Sequence record: MN871440.1
Length of the DNA stretch: 64,000 nucleotides
Strand: one strand, 5' to 3'
A program made the translations under genes and the position numbers. Below, piece after piece: positions 55,142 through 64,000 of the stretch (position 1 is the stretch's first letter; each line of letters starts with the position of its first letter). Under the pieces are notes generated by a model that was not told the DNA's origin, made no database searches, and saw only the letters and a program-made list of their open reading frames with translations.

Positions 55142-58100
55142 TTAGATTGAAACCCATGGTTTGGCGTCTGCTATAGAGACTCTTGCTCCAACGCCTTTGG
55201 GTCTAAAAATAACTTTCTTGTTAGTGTTCACGCCACTAAACCAAGTTTTAACTTCATCACTCTCTGGTATTCCGTATCCAGTTGCGTTGATAGTTTGATT
55301 TGCGTTGTATACTCCAAACAACTGCTCATTGTTATTATCATCGATCTGATATAGCTCAACATCGATTGAATTAAATGGTCTCTTATTTCCTACAAAGTGC
55401 AAGTAAGCACTATAACCACTTGTGTTTATAGTAGTAAAAAGATCCATTTGATACCCGTCAATAAACCACGAATCTTTCATTCTCCCGATTTGTTTTTCTT
55501 CACCCGCAGTTCCATCCCATCCATAAATCTTATTCGTGACGTCAATCTCACCGATTCTCATATACTTGATAGCTCCCAGCTCATTCTCAATTACGGTATG
55601 AGTTGGTTTAACTGTAGAGTAATATGACAGGTCATAACGACGGCTATTACATAGCTTGGTCGTTGTGTCGATTAGCTCAACTAGATAGATATCGTTGATG
55701 TAACGTAATCCAGTCTCTCTTGCGCCAATCATTTTGATATATTCCGTTCCGTCTGGATTCCAAGCGCCTGTTACTGTTTTTCCATTTACAGTCAACGTCA
55801 CTTTATTACCACTTACAACTGCGTATATATCAACGATGTCGCCAACTTTTGCACCAGTTTTGACAGTTACACCGGTATTCAACACTTTTTTAGAGTTGTA
55901 TGAAAACAATCTTACGTCTCCAACTGCGTCAAACGTATCGATATTAATAGTGCTTGTGTCGTACTTGTCGCCACTCACAATGGGGTTAACCAAGTCTCTT
56001 AGTTCTCCGATTTTGCATTTAACTCGAATTGCCCAATCTTTTGGATCTGGTTTCCATGCATTCTCGATATGCAAATATCCTTTGTCTGTAGCATCAAACT
56101 TCGGCACCCATTGCAATCTCGGATTCGTCTTCATTACTGGGGATTCTCTTTCATCCAGTTTGTAATTGGAATCGTCTGTATTCGTGATAATACCGTCGGT
56201 GAATACCTCACTCACATTAAGCTTATAAACGATAACATTTTCGTTCAGTTTTGGACTAATTGTTCGAATATAAACACCGTGTGCGTCGGTATTGACTTTG
56301 TAGCACAGCGAACCTTTTCTTCTTCCAGCCGATAGAGATTTAATCTTTGGTGCGTTTCCGTCGTGATTATTTGAATATCTCAGTTCGAAGTCAGTTTCCG
56401 TCTCGATGTCAAAATCAATACGAATCATTGACCCCTTTTTGGCAGCAAACGGGATAACTGCGCCGCTAGGAGTTGTAGCGGTATTGAACTTATAAGACTT
56501 TGTATTCTGCTTCATAGCGGTAGTAAAGAAAGAAAAGTCATTTAGATTCACATTGGAATAAATTGTTCTGGACTTTCCTAATTCGTCTCTGATATAGTTG
56601 TTATATGCATCATAACGACTCACGTTATAATTTTTGTAATAACGATCATCGGCAGATCCGTCAAATGAGAGATCCCAGATATAGCCTTTGAAATACTCAA
56701 TATTGTTATATCGAGCACCAATTCGGTTTACTTGACTTCCTTCTCTGATATAACCACAAATCAGATAGTCTGTGTTAGGAACAACTTTCATTCCGTTGGT
56801 ATACGGCATGCCGTTAATAGTAGATACAACAATAGACCCGCCTACGTTAATAGAGTCCGCGCTATTAATATAGATATAGCCGTATTTGTTATCTGTTTCG
56901 GTAGACGTTCTTCCTTCTAACACGTATTGGGCTTGTCCGGTTTTCTCATAGTTGAACTTAACTTGAAACTCTCCCGGGCCTTTCCACATGGGAATATCCG
57001 CGCATTGATTGACTCCATTGAATCCAGCGATTTGCTTGTTAATATCGATCCAGTCAACGTTGGTAACGGTTCCGTTTATTTTTGGCGATGTAACACATTC
57101 TATTCTGACTTTCATAGTCTTTGCGTTTTTACCAGCTTCTTCAACAATCCAAGCTCCTGACGTTGGAGACAGTGGATTTCTCAGTGCAAATTGACTTTGA
57201 GATTGTACCCAATCCAGTCTGTGGTTATCTAGCCACTTAGGTCGACATAGATATCGCTTATTAAGCTCTAGTCCGTGCGCCAACGTGTTTCCACCCGCAT
57301 CTAGTATCGTGACATATACATCCGTGCTATCATCGCTTAGGCCGCCTGGCACAAGCTTTGACCCAGCTCCACAGTAAAGAGTGTTCGCGCTATCATCCGG
57401 CGTAACGTTATCGGCAAAGTATTCGATGCCGGACCAACGAGATTTTCCAGGAACTGTTCTTTTATCATCGAGTTGTCCAGGACGAACAAAGTTATAATAA
57501 CGATCATTTGTTCCGTTTGTTTTTGTTTTATCAATCATATTAAGTTCATGAACGGAACCACGAATACGATGGATATATGTATTTCCTCGCTTCTCTGCTC
57601 CAACCGCGAAATGGGTTACTTGTCTAAACGGAGTTGCTGTTCCAATTTTAGGTTGCTCTACGCCGTCAATAAAGAATTGGACATTTACTCCGTCAACAAC
57701 AATTTTATATGTATATGGTCTACCATATTCAATTGTTGCTTTTGTGTCGGATCTCGCACCTGCGTAAAATAAAGAATGTGCTTCTCCGTCTGGATGATTA
57801 ATGGTACGGATTCCCATCTTCAAACTGCGATCTTCTTTTCCGTCAGTAACTCCACCCATTCCGGAACGCATCCAAGTTTCTCCATTAACAGGATAATCAT
57901 ATGAAATAGTCTGACTGATTTCAAATTTAGATCCTGGAATCCAATCTGGAATATCAAAATGTCCGTCTTGATTAAATTGAGGTAGCCACTCTTGATCTAA
58001 TTCTTCATATGAATGAGTAATCAAATCTTGACCTTTAGAACTCGCTACCCAGTTAGCGGCAGAATCAGCGGCATTAGCATTCGCAGTAATAAAACCCCAC

Positions 58101-59098
58101 TGTCCAAATGTTCCGTTTGTTCTGTCTTTCTTAACATCAGGCTTTTTGAGTTTAATCATAACATCACGTATACCAATTTTGGAGCTGCTATTTTTGTTTG
58201 GATATCGATATAGAGTTGCCTCTATTCTCGTACATGCAGCCGGAACAATCGCACTATTTGTTCCTTTTTCCCAAGTTTCAACTCCTTTAGCATTAACACT
58301 AAACGAGCTAATATATCTTGAGCCCGGATTGCTAGTTGCCGGAGGAATTGGATCTCCCCAGAACTGTACGATTAGTGCGGAACCAGTTCCAGCGGCGTGC
58401 GCTTCTTTTGATTTCCAAACTTCGGCATTTATCTCAATCATTTCACCTGGTTTAATATTCAGAGTTTGTGGTTTAGTATCAAAATAATTAACTACTCCGT
58501 AACCAGGTGTTTCAACGAATACCTCATTTTCTTCCCAAGCAAGCATGTCACCATAACCAGTTACACCAATATCAGCGAATGTATCAAACACAACACACAA
58601 TTGAGCTTGCATTGTTGTTTTTCCATGACCCATAAACTGTTCGGTCATGATCTTTTTCAGAGGACAATCAATAATAGCGACATAAGAAGAACGATTTGTT
58701 CCTTTATCCGGATTCCAGTAATATTTCCAGCCAACACTACCGATAACATCGAAATAAGTGTTTAGCTTGTCGTTAGTCACGTTTTCTGTGTGACTCATTA
58801 AAAGAATAATGCCAGTAGATAAACTGTTTACCCAGTTTGTAAATCTACCGGTATCAGTAGCAACACTAAAGTCAAATGACATCAATGTTGTTTTAAAATC
58901 TTCTGTTAAATGAATGCAGTTTAAGCCCTTCGTTTGTGAAGGGCTAAGGCTGACTCCATTTAGTGTAGCAACGCAAGTTCCCCCTGCGTTGCCTTGTTGA
59001 CCCTTGATGATCAACTCGTTATCGCCAGAAAATGTTTCCGACAGATCACGCGCTTGTATACCCTGTTCAGTAACACGGGCAATAACTAATTCAGCCAT
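55142..59098 (-). CDS. 35: Tail fibre hinge gp35-like protein extended to 1318 aa
   Basis: Position between 34 and 36; gp35-like N-terminal about 330 aa then repeated beta-sandwich units. Confidence 0.75.
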   Translation of the reverse strand: MAELVIARVTEQGIQARDLSETFSGDNELIIKGQQGNAGGTCVATLNGVSLSPSQTKGLNCIHLTEDFKTTLMSFDFSVATDTGRFTNWVNSLSTGIILLMSHTENVTNDKLNTYFDVIGSVGWKYYWNPDKGTNRSSYVAIIDCPLKKIMTEQFMGHGKTTMQAQLCVVFDTFADIGVTGYGDMLAWEENEVFVETPGYGVVNYFDTKPQTLNIKPGEMIEINAEVWKSKEAHAAGTGSALIVQFWGDPIPPATSNPGSRYISSFSVNAKGVETWEKGTNSAIVPAACTRIEATLYRYPNKNSSSKIGIRDVMIKLKKPDVKKDRTNGTFGQWGFITANANAADSAANWVASSKGQDLITHSYEELDQEWLPQFNQDGHFDIPDWIPGSKFEISQTISYDYPVNGETWMRSGMGGVTDGKEDRSLKMGIRTINHPDGEAHSLFYAGARSDTKATIEYGRPYTYKIVVDGVNVQFFIDGVEQPKIGTATPFRQVTHFAVGAEKRGNTYIHRIRGSVHELNMIDKTKTNGTNDRYYNFVRPGQLDDKRTVPGKSRWSGIEYFADNVTPDDSANTLYCGAGSKLVPGGLSDDSTDVYVTILDAGGNTLAHGLELNKRYLCRPKWLDNHRLDWVQSQSQFALRNPLSPTSGAWIVEEAGKNAKTMKVRIECVTSPKINGTVTNVDWIDINKQIAGFNGVNQCADIPMWKGPGEFQVKFNYEKTGQAQYVLEGRTSTETDNKYGYIYINSADSINVGGSIVVSTINGMPYTNGMKVVPNTDYLICGYIREGSQVNRIGARYNNIEYFKGYIWDLSFDGSADDRYYKNYNVSRYDAYNNYIRDELGKSRTIYSNVNLNDFSFFTTAMKQNTKSYKFNTATTPSGAVIPFAAKKGSMIRIDFDIETETDFELRYSNNHDGNAPKIKSLSAGRRKGSLCYKVNTDAHGVYIRTISPKLNENVIVYKLNVSEVFTDGIITNTDDSNYKLDERESPVMKTNPRLQWVPKFDATDKGYLHIENAWKPDPKDWAIRVKCKIGELRDLVNPIVSGDKYDTSTINIDTFDAVGDVRLFSYNSKKVLNTGVTVKTGAKVGDIVDIYAVVSGNKVTLTVNGKTVTGAWNPDGTEYIKMIGARETGLRYINDIYLVELIDTTTKLCNSRRYDLSYYSTVKPTHTVIENELGAIKYMRIGEIDVTNKIYGWDGTAGEEKQIGRMKDSWFIDGYQMDLFTTINTSGYSAYLHFVGNKRPFNSIDVELYQIDDNNNEQLFGVYNANQTINATGYGIPESDEVKTWFSGVNTNKKVIFRPKGVGARVSIADAKPWVSI

Positions 59099-59109
59099 TT
59101 GGCCTCCGA

Positions 59110-62100
59110 TTAACTAATCCATACGAAATCAACTGATCTGGTTGTTGCATTCGGTCTAATTTCCAAGAACTCGCCGTTACCGACTTCGATTCTCAGATTT
59201 TTAACTGTTAGCAATTCTTTGATTGTCACGGCACCGTTCGCTGTAATAGCTTGCGGAGAAGTAATAATCAATTCGCCAGTCATGTTGTCACCTTTCTTAT
59301 TTACGCGACTGTCTGCGCTCTTGGTCACATCATCGATAAGTTCGTCAACGTAATCCTTGCGGGTTAAGTCGTTAGCGTCTTTCGGTGCGGTTGCCAAAGA
59401 TTTAACTTGACTAGCCACTGTCATTACGCCGTTTGTATCAATAGATGTTTGATTGGTAGCATCTGTCATTGATTTTGGACGCAATCTCAAAATACCGTTT
59501 GAGCCAACAGCAAGTGTTCCATCTGGATGAGCGTAAATACCAGATTTCTCGGAATCAGGACCAATTTTAATACTAAAAGCGTTACCAACACCAGCACTGA
59601 ATGTTGTGTTATTCAGGAAAGTTTTAAAACCGGTAATAGTTTCAGCAAAGTTTCCAGTCTTTCTCAAATAACGATCTTCGGTATATCCCCAACGGGTCAA
59701 ATGGTTAACTACCGTTGGATCTTGTCCACCATTAAGAACGTGGTTTGTTGCCGTAACAATACCAGCTCGACTAATATAGAATGTTGGATCTGTTGTTGTT
59801 CCGTCGATAGTTGTCGCAGTAAGTGCGCCATCAAGGTTATTAACACCAAACGCCCAACCATTATCCTTCGCTGATGTCAAGAATTTGATATCAGTAACAT
59901 GTGATGTTCCTGAGTTTTTCAGAATCAAAGATGCTTTGGCTTTGAAAATGGTCAAATCTTGGCTATGTGTAAACGCACCAGTAATAGTCTGAGCTACTGT
60001 ACGACGAACCCAATCATCTGCTTTAACTCTTGTGCCATCGGTTGTGTTCATAGAACGCGAACTTTCGGCGACGCCAAGAATAGGCAAATAATGAGTCAAT
60101 GCGGTATTCAGTGCGCGTGGGCTAACAACGATATTATCGGTAGCGTAGTTATTAATCGGACGAGTTGAGCCCTGAATATCATTACCCTGCCAAACAGTGT
60201 TTACGCTTGCGTCATTATTAAGAGTACACATCATGCCTACGCCATAACGACTTTCATTCATTCTATGGTTAGCACTTGTGCGAATAGAATCAAGAACACG
60301 TAATGGAGTAACAGCTCGCAATGCGTCGATACCAGCATCAACTTCTGCCTTTGTTGCAATCTCAATAATACCAGTCAAAGTCTCGGTCGCAGTTCTTGCG
60401 CTCAATTTCTTTGGAGTAATAATGGCATTGTCAATCGGGTTGATCATTGTATTGCTTTCTGCTTGAGTAGCTACTCGCAAGGTTCCGCGCTGTGCTTCTA
60501 ATGATTCAACGATGTTAAACTTCTGTCCTTGCCAAATTGTACCGGTTGTGATTAAACCACTTGACGCTTCAACTGTTAGTCGTGTAGCATCTAGCCATAC
60601 TTTGTTGGTCTTTGGAGTAACAAAGTAGCGATCATGCAAAACGCCAGCATCGACTTCTGCTTGAGTTGCGGTTTCTGCCAGACCCCAGCGAGTTTCGTTA
60701 GCTGTACGTTTAACGATTGCATTCGGTGTAACATGAATGTTATCACCAGCCGGAGGAGTGTTTGAACTCATTTCCGCATCGGTAACAGCTCTTGACAAAC
60801 CGGTCAAAGCTGTGGTAGCTTGTCTAGCTTGCAGTGTCTTAGCAGTTATAAACAGTGGACCATTTGCGTGATCTTCTGTGCCTGCGTTAGTCTCAGCTTG
60901 GTTAGCAACAAAGCCCATACCCTGTGAAAACTCGGTAGCGACTTTTTCAAACAGAGTCTTTGGTGTAACATAGCGATAATGTTCGTCAAAATCATGAACA
61001 CCAACGCCTTTTGTTCCACGCTCTGCTTGTTTTGCTCCAGCTTGAATTACTTGATAAGTGATACCAGTTTGTGTTTCGGTTGACTTTCTGCCATCAAGCA
61101 CTTTTGGAGTGATTGCAGTCTGTGCCCACATTTCTCCGGTGCCGCTCATAGCGTTTGCTTGTGCTTGAGTCGCTACAGTCAAAACACCACGCATTGTCTC
61201 GGTAGCCAATCTGTTGTTGACACGCTCTGGAGTCATGATTACACTGTTCCAAGCTTCTGTTGTGCCTGATGTTGCTTTGGATTCTGCATCAGTTGCAAGT
61301 CGAGCGATACCACGGTTTGCTTGTGTTGCTAGTTTGTTTGCCAGTGTTTCTGGTGTAACAAAAGTTTCACAATCACGATTTTGTCCGGTTGTAATCTGCT
61401 CTTTGTTCTTGTTAACTTCTGCCTGATTTGCTATTGCAGCCAGACCAACAAATGATGTATCATTGCGATCAACACGGAATGGAACTGGTGTGTTTGTAAC
61501 AAGTACCCAGACATCCAGACCGGTATTAAGAGCATTTCTAAAGTAGGTGAATTCCCACTGGTGAGAACGTCCATCAATTGTGAAAGTTTCTGTCTTGGTA
61601 GTGAACTTAGTCAGATTCTTAACGAGGTCACGATATTTTGTGACATAAGGGGTTGACAACGCATTATCATCTGGTACGATGTAATCGTTAGCTTGTGCAT
61701 CTGGGATCTTCAAGATGATCTTGGAACCAGCAATCATATAACTTGTATCAACGACGAAGCTATCACCATTCGACGCTTCTTGAGGGAAAGTTACTGTGAT
61801 GATGTCGGTAGTTTTACCAGCATGAACAGCTAGTTTTTCGCCAAGAATCGCTGTATAATTCGATTCAATCATGTTCCAGCGTTGTGTGCGATCTGCGTCA
61901 AAAACTCGCCATTGATTAATGCGTGAGTCAAAGACAAAGTAACCCCATCCGGTACTGTCAAACTTTGCAGTGTCAACGGGAGTCGCACCAACCTCAGTCA
62001 AAATTTTGTGACCGCTGTTTGGATAAACATAGAATTCAGTTTTTGTTACTGGGTTCAGTCCGTCCAAGTCATAGGTAACGATTGTGTCGCCGTGATTTGC

Positions 62101-62817
62101 GTAACGTGGCAAACGAATACGAATACCGCCGCCGTATTGAGTTTCGCGAACAAGATGATCGCCAACTTTAGCGCGATAAAAGTTTTCGCCAACGATATAG
62201 CTTGACGAACTAACGTAAGTTCTGTTATGCTCGCCTTGTGACCAAATCTGTGCTACCCACTCGGTACCATTGTAAATGAATACTGTGGTTGAGCCAGATA
62301 GAGTGATACGATGTGTTGCAGATCCATTGATGTGTTTACCGTTACCGTTAACAACGATTTCATAATCGTGTGTAGCGAACCCGTTATCTTTGATAACTAC
62401 GGTATCACCGGCAGCAGGGATAGAGTTTGCAGCATCGAACGGCATAGTGTATACTGAGTTTGCACCAACAACTTGCGATAGGATGTATTCACCCTGACGA
62501 AGGTTGCCTTGCAAATTCGCAGTAGAATTAACAACTCTCCATGATGGGTCAACGCGAGTTGCTTTCCATTTGTTGAGATTGAATGCTTCTGGTGCTGTGA
62601 TTGCTACTTGACTAATATAGATACGGTTGTTGTATACTACCGCAAAATCTTTTGGATATGTTCTGCTCGGACTGTGAGGTTGAATTGTGTTTTCATAGAT
62701 GAAAAAATCTACGTTAACGCCGTCTCCACCAAACGACTTGTCCGGATAGCCGAAGTTAATAGCGCGTTTACCAGCAGCATCCAAACCTGCCGTTGCGCGA
62801 AGTGGTTGTAAAGCCAT
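59110..62817 (-). CDS. 34: Proximal long tail fibre gp34
   Basis: RATAGLDAAG, VNVDFFIYEN, repeated ATQAE...ITPK.L motifs; ACTAAATA late promoter 62848-62855. Confidence 0.95.
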   Translation of the reverse strand: MALQPLRATAGLDAAGKRAINFGYPDKSFGGDGVNVDFFIYENTIQPHSPSRTYPKDFAVVYNNRIYISQVAITAPEAFNLNKWKATRVDPSWRVVNSTANLQGNLRQGEYILSQVVGANSVYTMPFDAANSIPAAGDTVVIKDNGFATHDYEIVVNGNGKHINGSATHRITLSGSTTVFIYNGTEWVAQIWSQGEHNRTYVSSSSYIVGENFYRAKVGDHLVRETQYGGGIRIRLPRYANHGDTIVTYDLDGLNPVTKTEFYVYPNSGHKILTEVGATPVDTAKFDSTGWGYFVFDSRINQWRVFDADRTQRWNMIESNYTAILGEKLAVHAGKTTDIITVTFPQEASNGDSFVVDTSYMIAGSKIILKIPDAQANDYIVPDDNALSTPYVTKYRDLVKNLTKFTTKTETFTIDGRSHQWEFTYFRNALNTGLDVWVLVTNTPVPFRVDRNDTSFVGLAAIANQAEVNKNKEQITTGQNRDCETFVTPETLANKLATQANRGIARLATDAESKATSGTTEAWNSVIMTPERVNNRLATETMRGVLTVATQAQANAMSGTGEMWAQTAITPKVLDGRKSTETQTGITYQVIQAGAKQAERGTKGVGVHDFDEHYRYVTPKTLFEKVATEFSQGMGFVANQAETNAGTEDHANGPLFITAKTLQARQATTALTGLSRAVTDAEMSSNTPPAGDNIHVTPNAIVKRTANETRWGLAETATQAEVDAGVLHDRYFVTPKTNKVWLDATRLTVEASSGLITTGTIWQGQKFNIVESLEAQRGTLRVATQAESNTMINPIDNAIITPKKLSARTATETLTGIIEIATKAEVDAGIDALRAVTPLRVLDSIRTSANHRMNESRYGVGMMCTLNNDASVNTVWQGNDIQGSTRPINNYATDNIVVSPRALNTALTHYLPILGVAESSRSMNTTDGTRVKADDWVRRTVAQTITGAFTHSQDLTIFKAKASLILKNSGTSHVTDIKFLTSAKDNGWAFGVNNLDGALTATTIDGTTTDPTFYISRAGIVTATNHVLNGGQDPTVVNHLTRWGYTEDRYLRKTGNFAETITGFKTFLNNTTFSAGVGNAFSIKIGPDSEKSGIYAHPDGTLAVGSNGILRLRPKSMTDATNQTSIDTNGVMTVASQVKSLATAPKDANDLTRKDYVDELIDDVTKSADSRVNKKGDNMTGELIITSPQAITANGAVTIKELLTVKNLRIEVGNGEFLEIRPNATTRSVDFVWIS

Positions 62818-62893
62818 TGCGTTACCTCGTTCTGTGTGTTATGCTAGTATTTAGTAATGATGTTAAAAAATAGAGTCTTTAAAAAGAGGAAAC

Positions 62894-63814
62894 ATGAGTT
62901 TAGCACAATTTATGGACGAAGCTGATAGCCAAGGATTCTGTATCTTTGACTTTAGTCAGATCGCCATTGCAACGATCATGCAGACGTATGAGCCAACCGA
63001 TAAGATCGACGCCAATCTGGTGCGTCATTTGGTGCTTTCGTCTCTGAAATATAACGTACTGAACAGAAAGCAAGAGTATCCGAATATCATCATTGCTGTG
63101 GATAACAGTGCTGATGGTGGTTACTGGCGACGTCAGAAATATTACTTCTATAAGAAGCATCGCGAGAAAGATCGAGATTCATCCGACTGGGACTGGGAAG
63201 GCATCTTTGATGCAATCAAGACCGTCGCTTATGAGTTGCGCGACAATCTGCCGTACAAAACTTTGATCTTGCCTCACACCGAAGCAGATGATATAATCGG
63301 TGTTCTGTGTAAGTATCTGGATGAAAAATTCCCAGATGCACCGGTACTGATTGTTTCGTCTGATGGTGATATGACACAAACGCAACGTTTCAAGAATGTT
63401 CGTCAGTGGAGTCCCGGTCAGAAAAAGTGGGTCAAGCCAAAAGAAGGTACTTGGCGCAAAGATTTGATTACCAAAATCATCAAAGGCGACGGCGGTGACG
63501 GAATTGCTAACATCAAGTCTCGTTCTGATTATATTCTGACAAAGCTTGACGGTGAGCGTCAAAAGTCGATAAGCTCTAAGCTGTTGGCACAAGCGTTTGA
63601 ACTGAAAGATCCCAGCGAGTTGTTTACTGGTGACGAGTTCACACGTTATAATGAGAACCGAGAATTAGTTGACTTTGAAATGATTCCTGATAACATTCGT
63701 CAAGCGATTATCACGGAGTTTGAGACAATCAAAGTCCCAGGTCGAAGTAAGATTTACCCGTATTTCGTGAAGAAAGCAATTAAAAAACTGCTTGACCACG
63801 TAAACGAATTTTGA
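62894..63814 (+). CDS. rnh: RNase H (5'-3' exonuclease, FEN family)
   Basis: DFSQIAIAT, YWRR..YK..R, EADDIIG, SSDGD..Q, KGDGGDGIANI; divergent from gene 34 as in T4. Confidence 0.96.
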   Translation: MSLAQFMDEADSQGFCIFDFSQIAIATIMQTYEPTDKIDANLVRHLVLSSLKYNVLNRKQEYPNIIIAVDNSADGGYWRRQKYYFYKKHREKDRDSSDWDWEGIFDAIKTVAYELRDNLPYKTLILPHTEADDIIGVLCKYLDEKFPDAPVLIVSSDGDMTQTQRFKNVRQWSPGQKKWVKPKEGTWRKDLITKIIKGDGGDGIANIKSRSDYILTKLDGERQKSISSKLLAQAFELKDPSELFTGDEFTRYNENRELVDFEMIPDNIRQAIITEFETIKVPGRSKIYPYFVKKAIKKLLDHVNEF

Positions 63815-63851
63815 TAAGATAAACGAACTTAATAACTGAGAGAACAGAAAA

Positions 63852-64000
63852 ATGACCAAAGAGAAAAAAGTCAAGAAAGCACCAGTAGAATTCAACGTAA
63901 ACGCACACTCCGAGCGTCTGGCTGAACTGATCAGCGAAGCGGAAGGTCATATGACTCAGATCGCATCCTATCAGGAAATGATCAAAGAGATCAAAGCAGT
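63852..64000 (+). CDS. dsbA: dsDNA-binding protein DsbA (partial, runs off window)
   Basis: VEFN..HSERLAELISEA..IASYQEMIKEIK; synteny after rnh. Confidence 0.8.
   Translation, partial: MTKEKKVKKAPVEFNVNAHSERLAELISEAEGHMTQIASYQEMIKEIKA

Noticed and set aside
1-64000. Genome-wide TAG recoding
   Set aside because: Only one gene shows an apparent internal TAG; all core genes are intact under the standard code and no suppressor tRNA is visible

Overview
A 64-kb segment of a large T4-like myophage (Straboviridae/'pseudo-T-even' type). The enlarged gp46, fused gp39/60, giant gp35-gp37 fibres and an e-type lysozyme next to the tail genes recall Aeh1-like Aeromonas phages; that assignment is inference from memory, not a search. 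Plus strand (early genes): accessory ORFs, a Mu Mom-like adenine-modification enzyme, endonuclease VII, nrdA/B, nrdD/G, grcA, nrdC/H, an SF2-like helicase, 55, 47/46, rpbA-45-44-62-regA-43, uvsX-40-41, 61, dUTPase, dexA, 39+60, rIIA/B, 52, asiA. Minus strand (late genes): gp34, an oversized gp35, two paralogous distal fibres, gp38 and a non-T4 lysis cassette. rnh and dsbA follow at the right edge. The T4 hydroxymethylcytosine genes (42, a-gt, b-gt, 56, denB) and motA are missing from their usual positions. No tRNA, CRISPR array, intron or homing endonuclease was recognised. Most notable: (1) a Mom-like enzyme ending in the same LTDLFGD(F/W) clamp-binding tail as the DNA polymerase; (2) an uncalled 28-aa gene that is only a type IV pilin N-terminal helix; (3) a thrice-repeated quasi-palindromic intergenic element; (4) an in-frame amber codon in the holin-like gene; (5) two alternative distal tail fibres.
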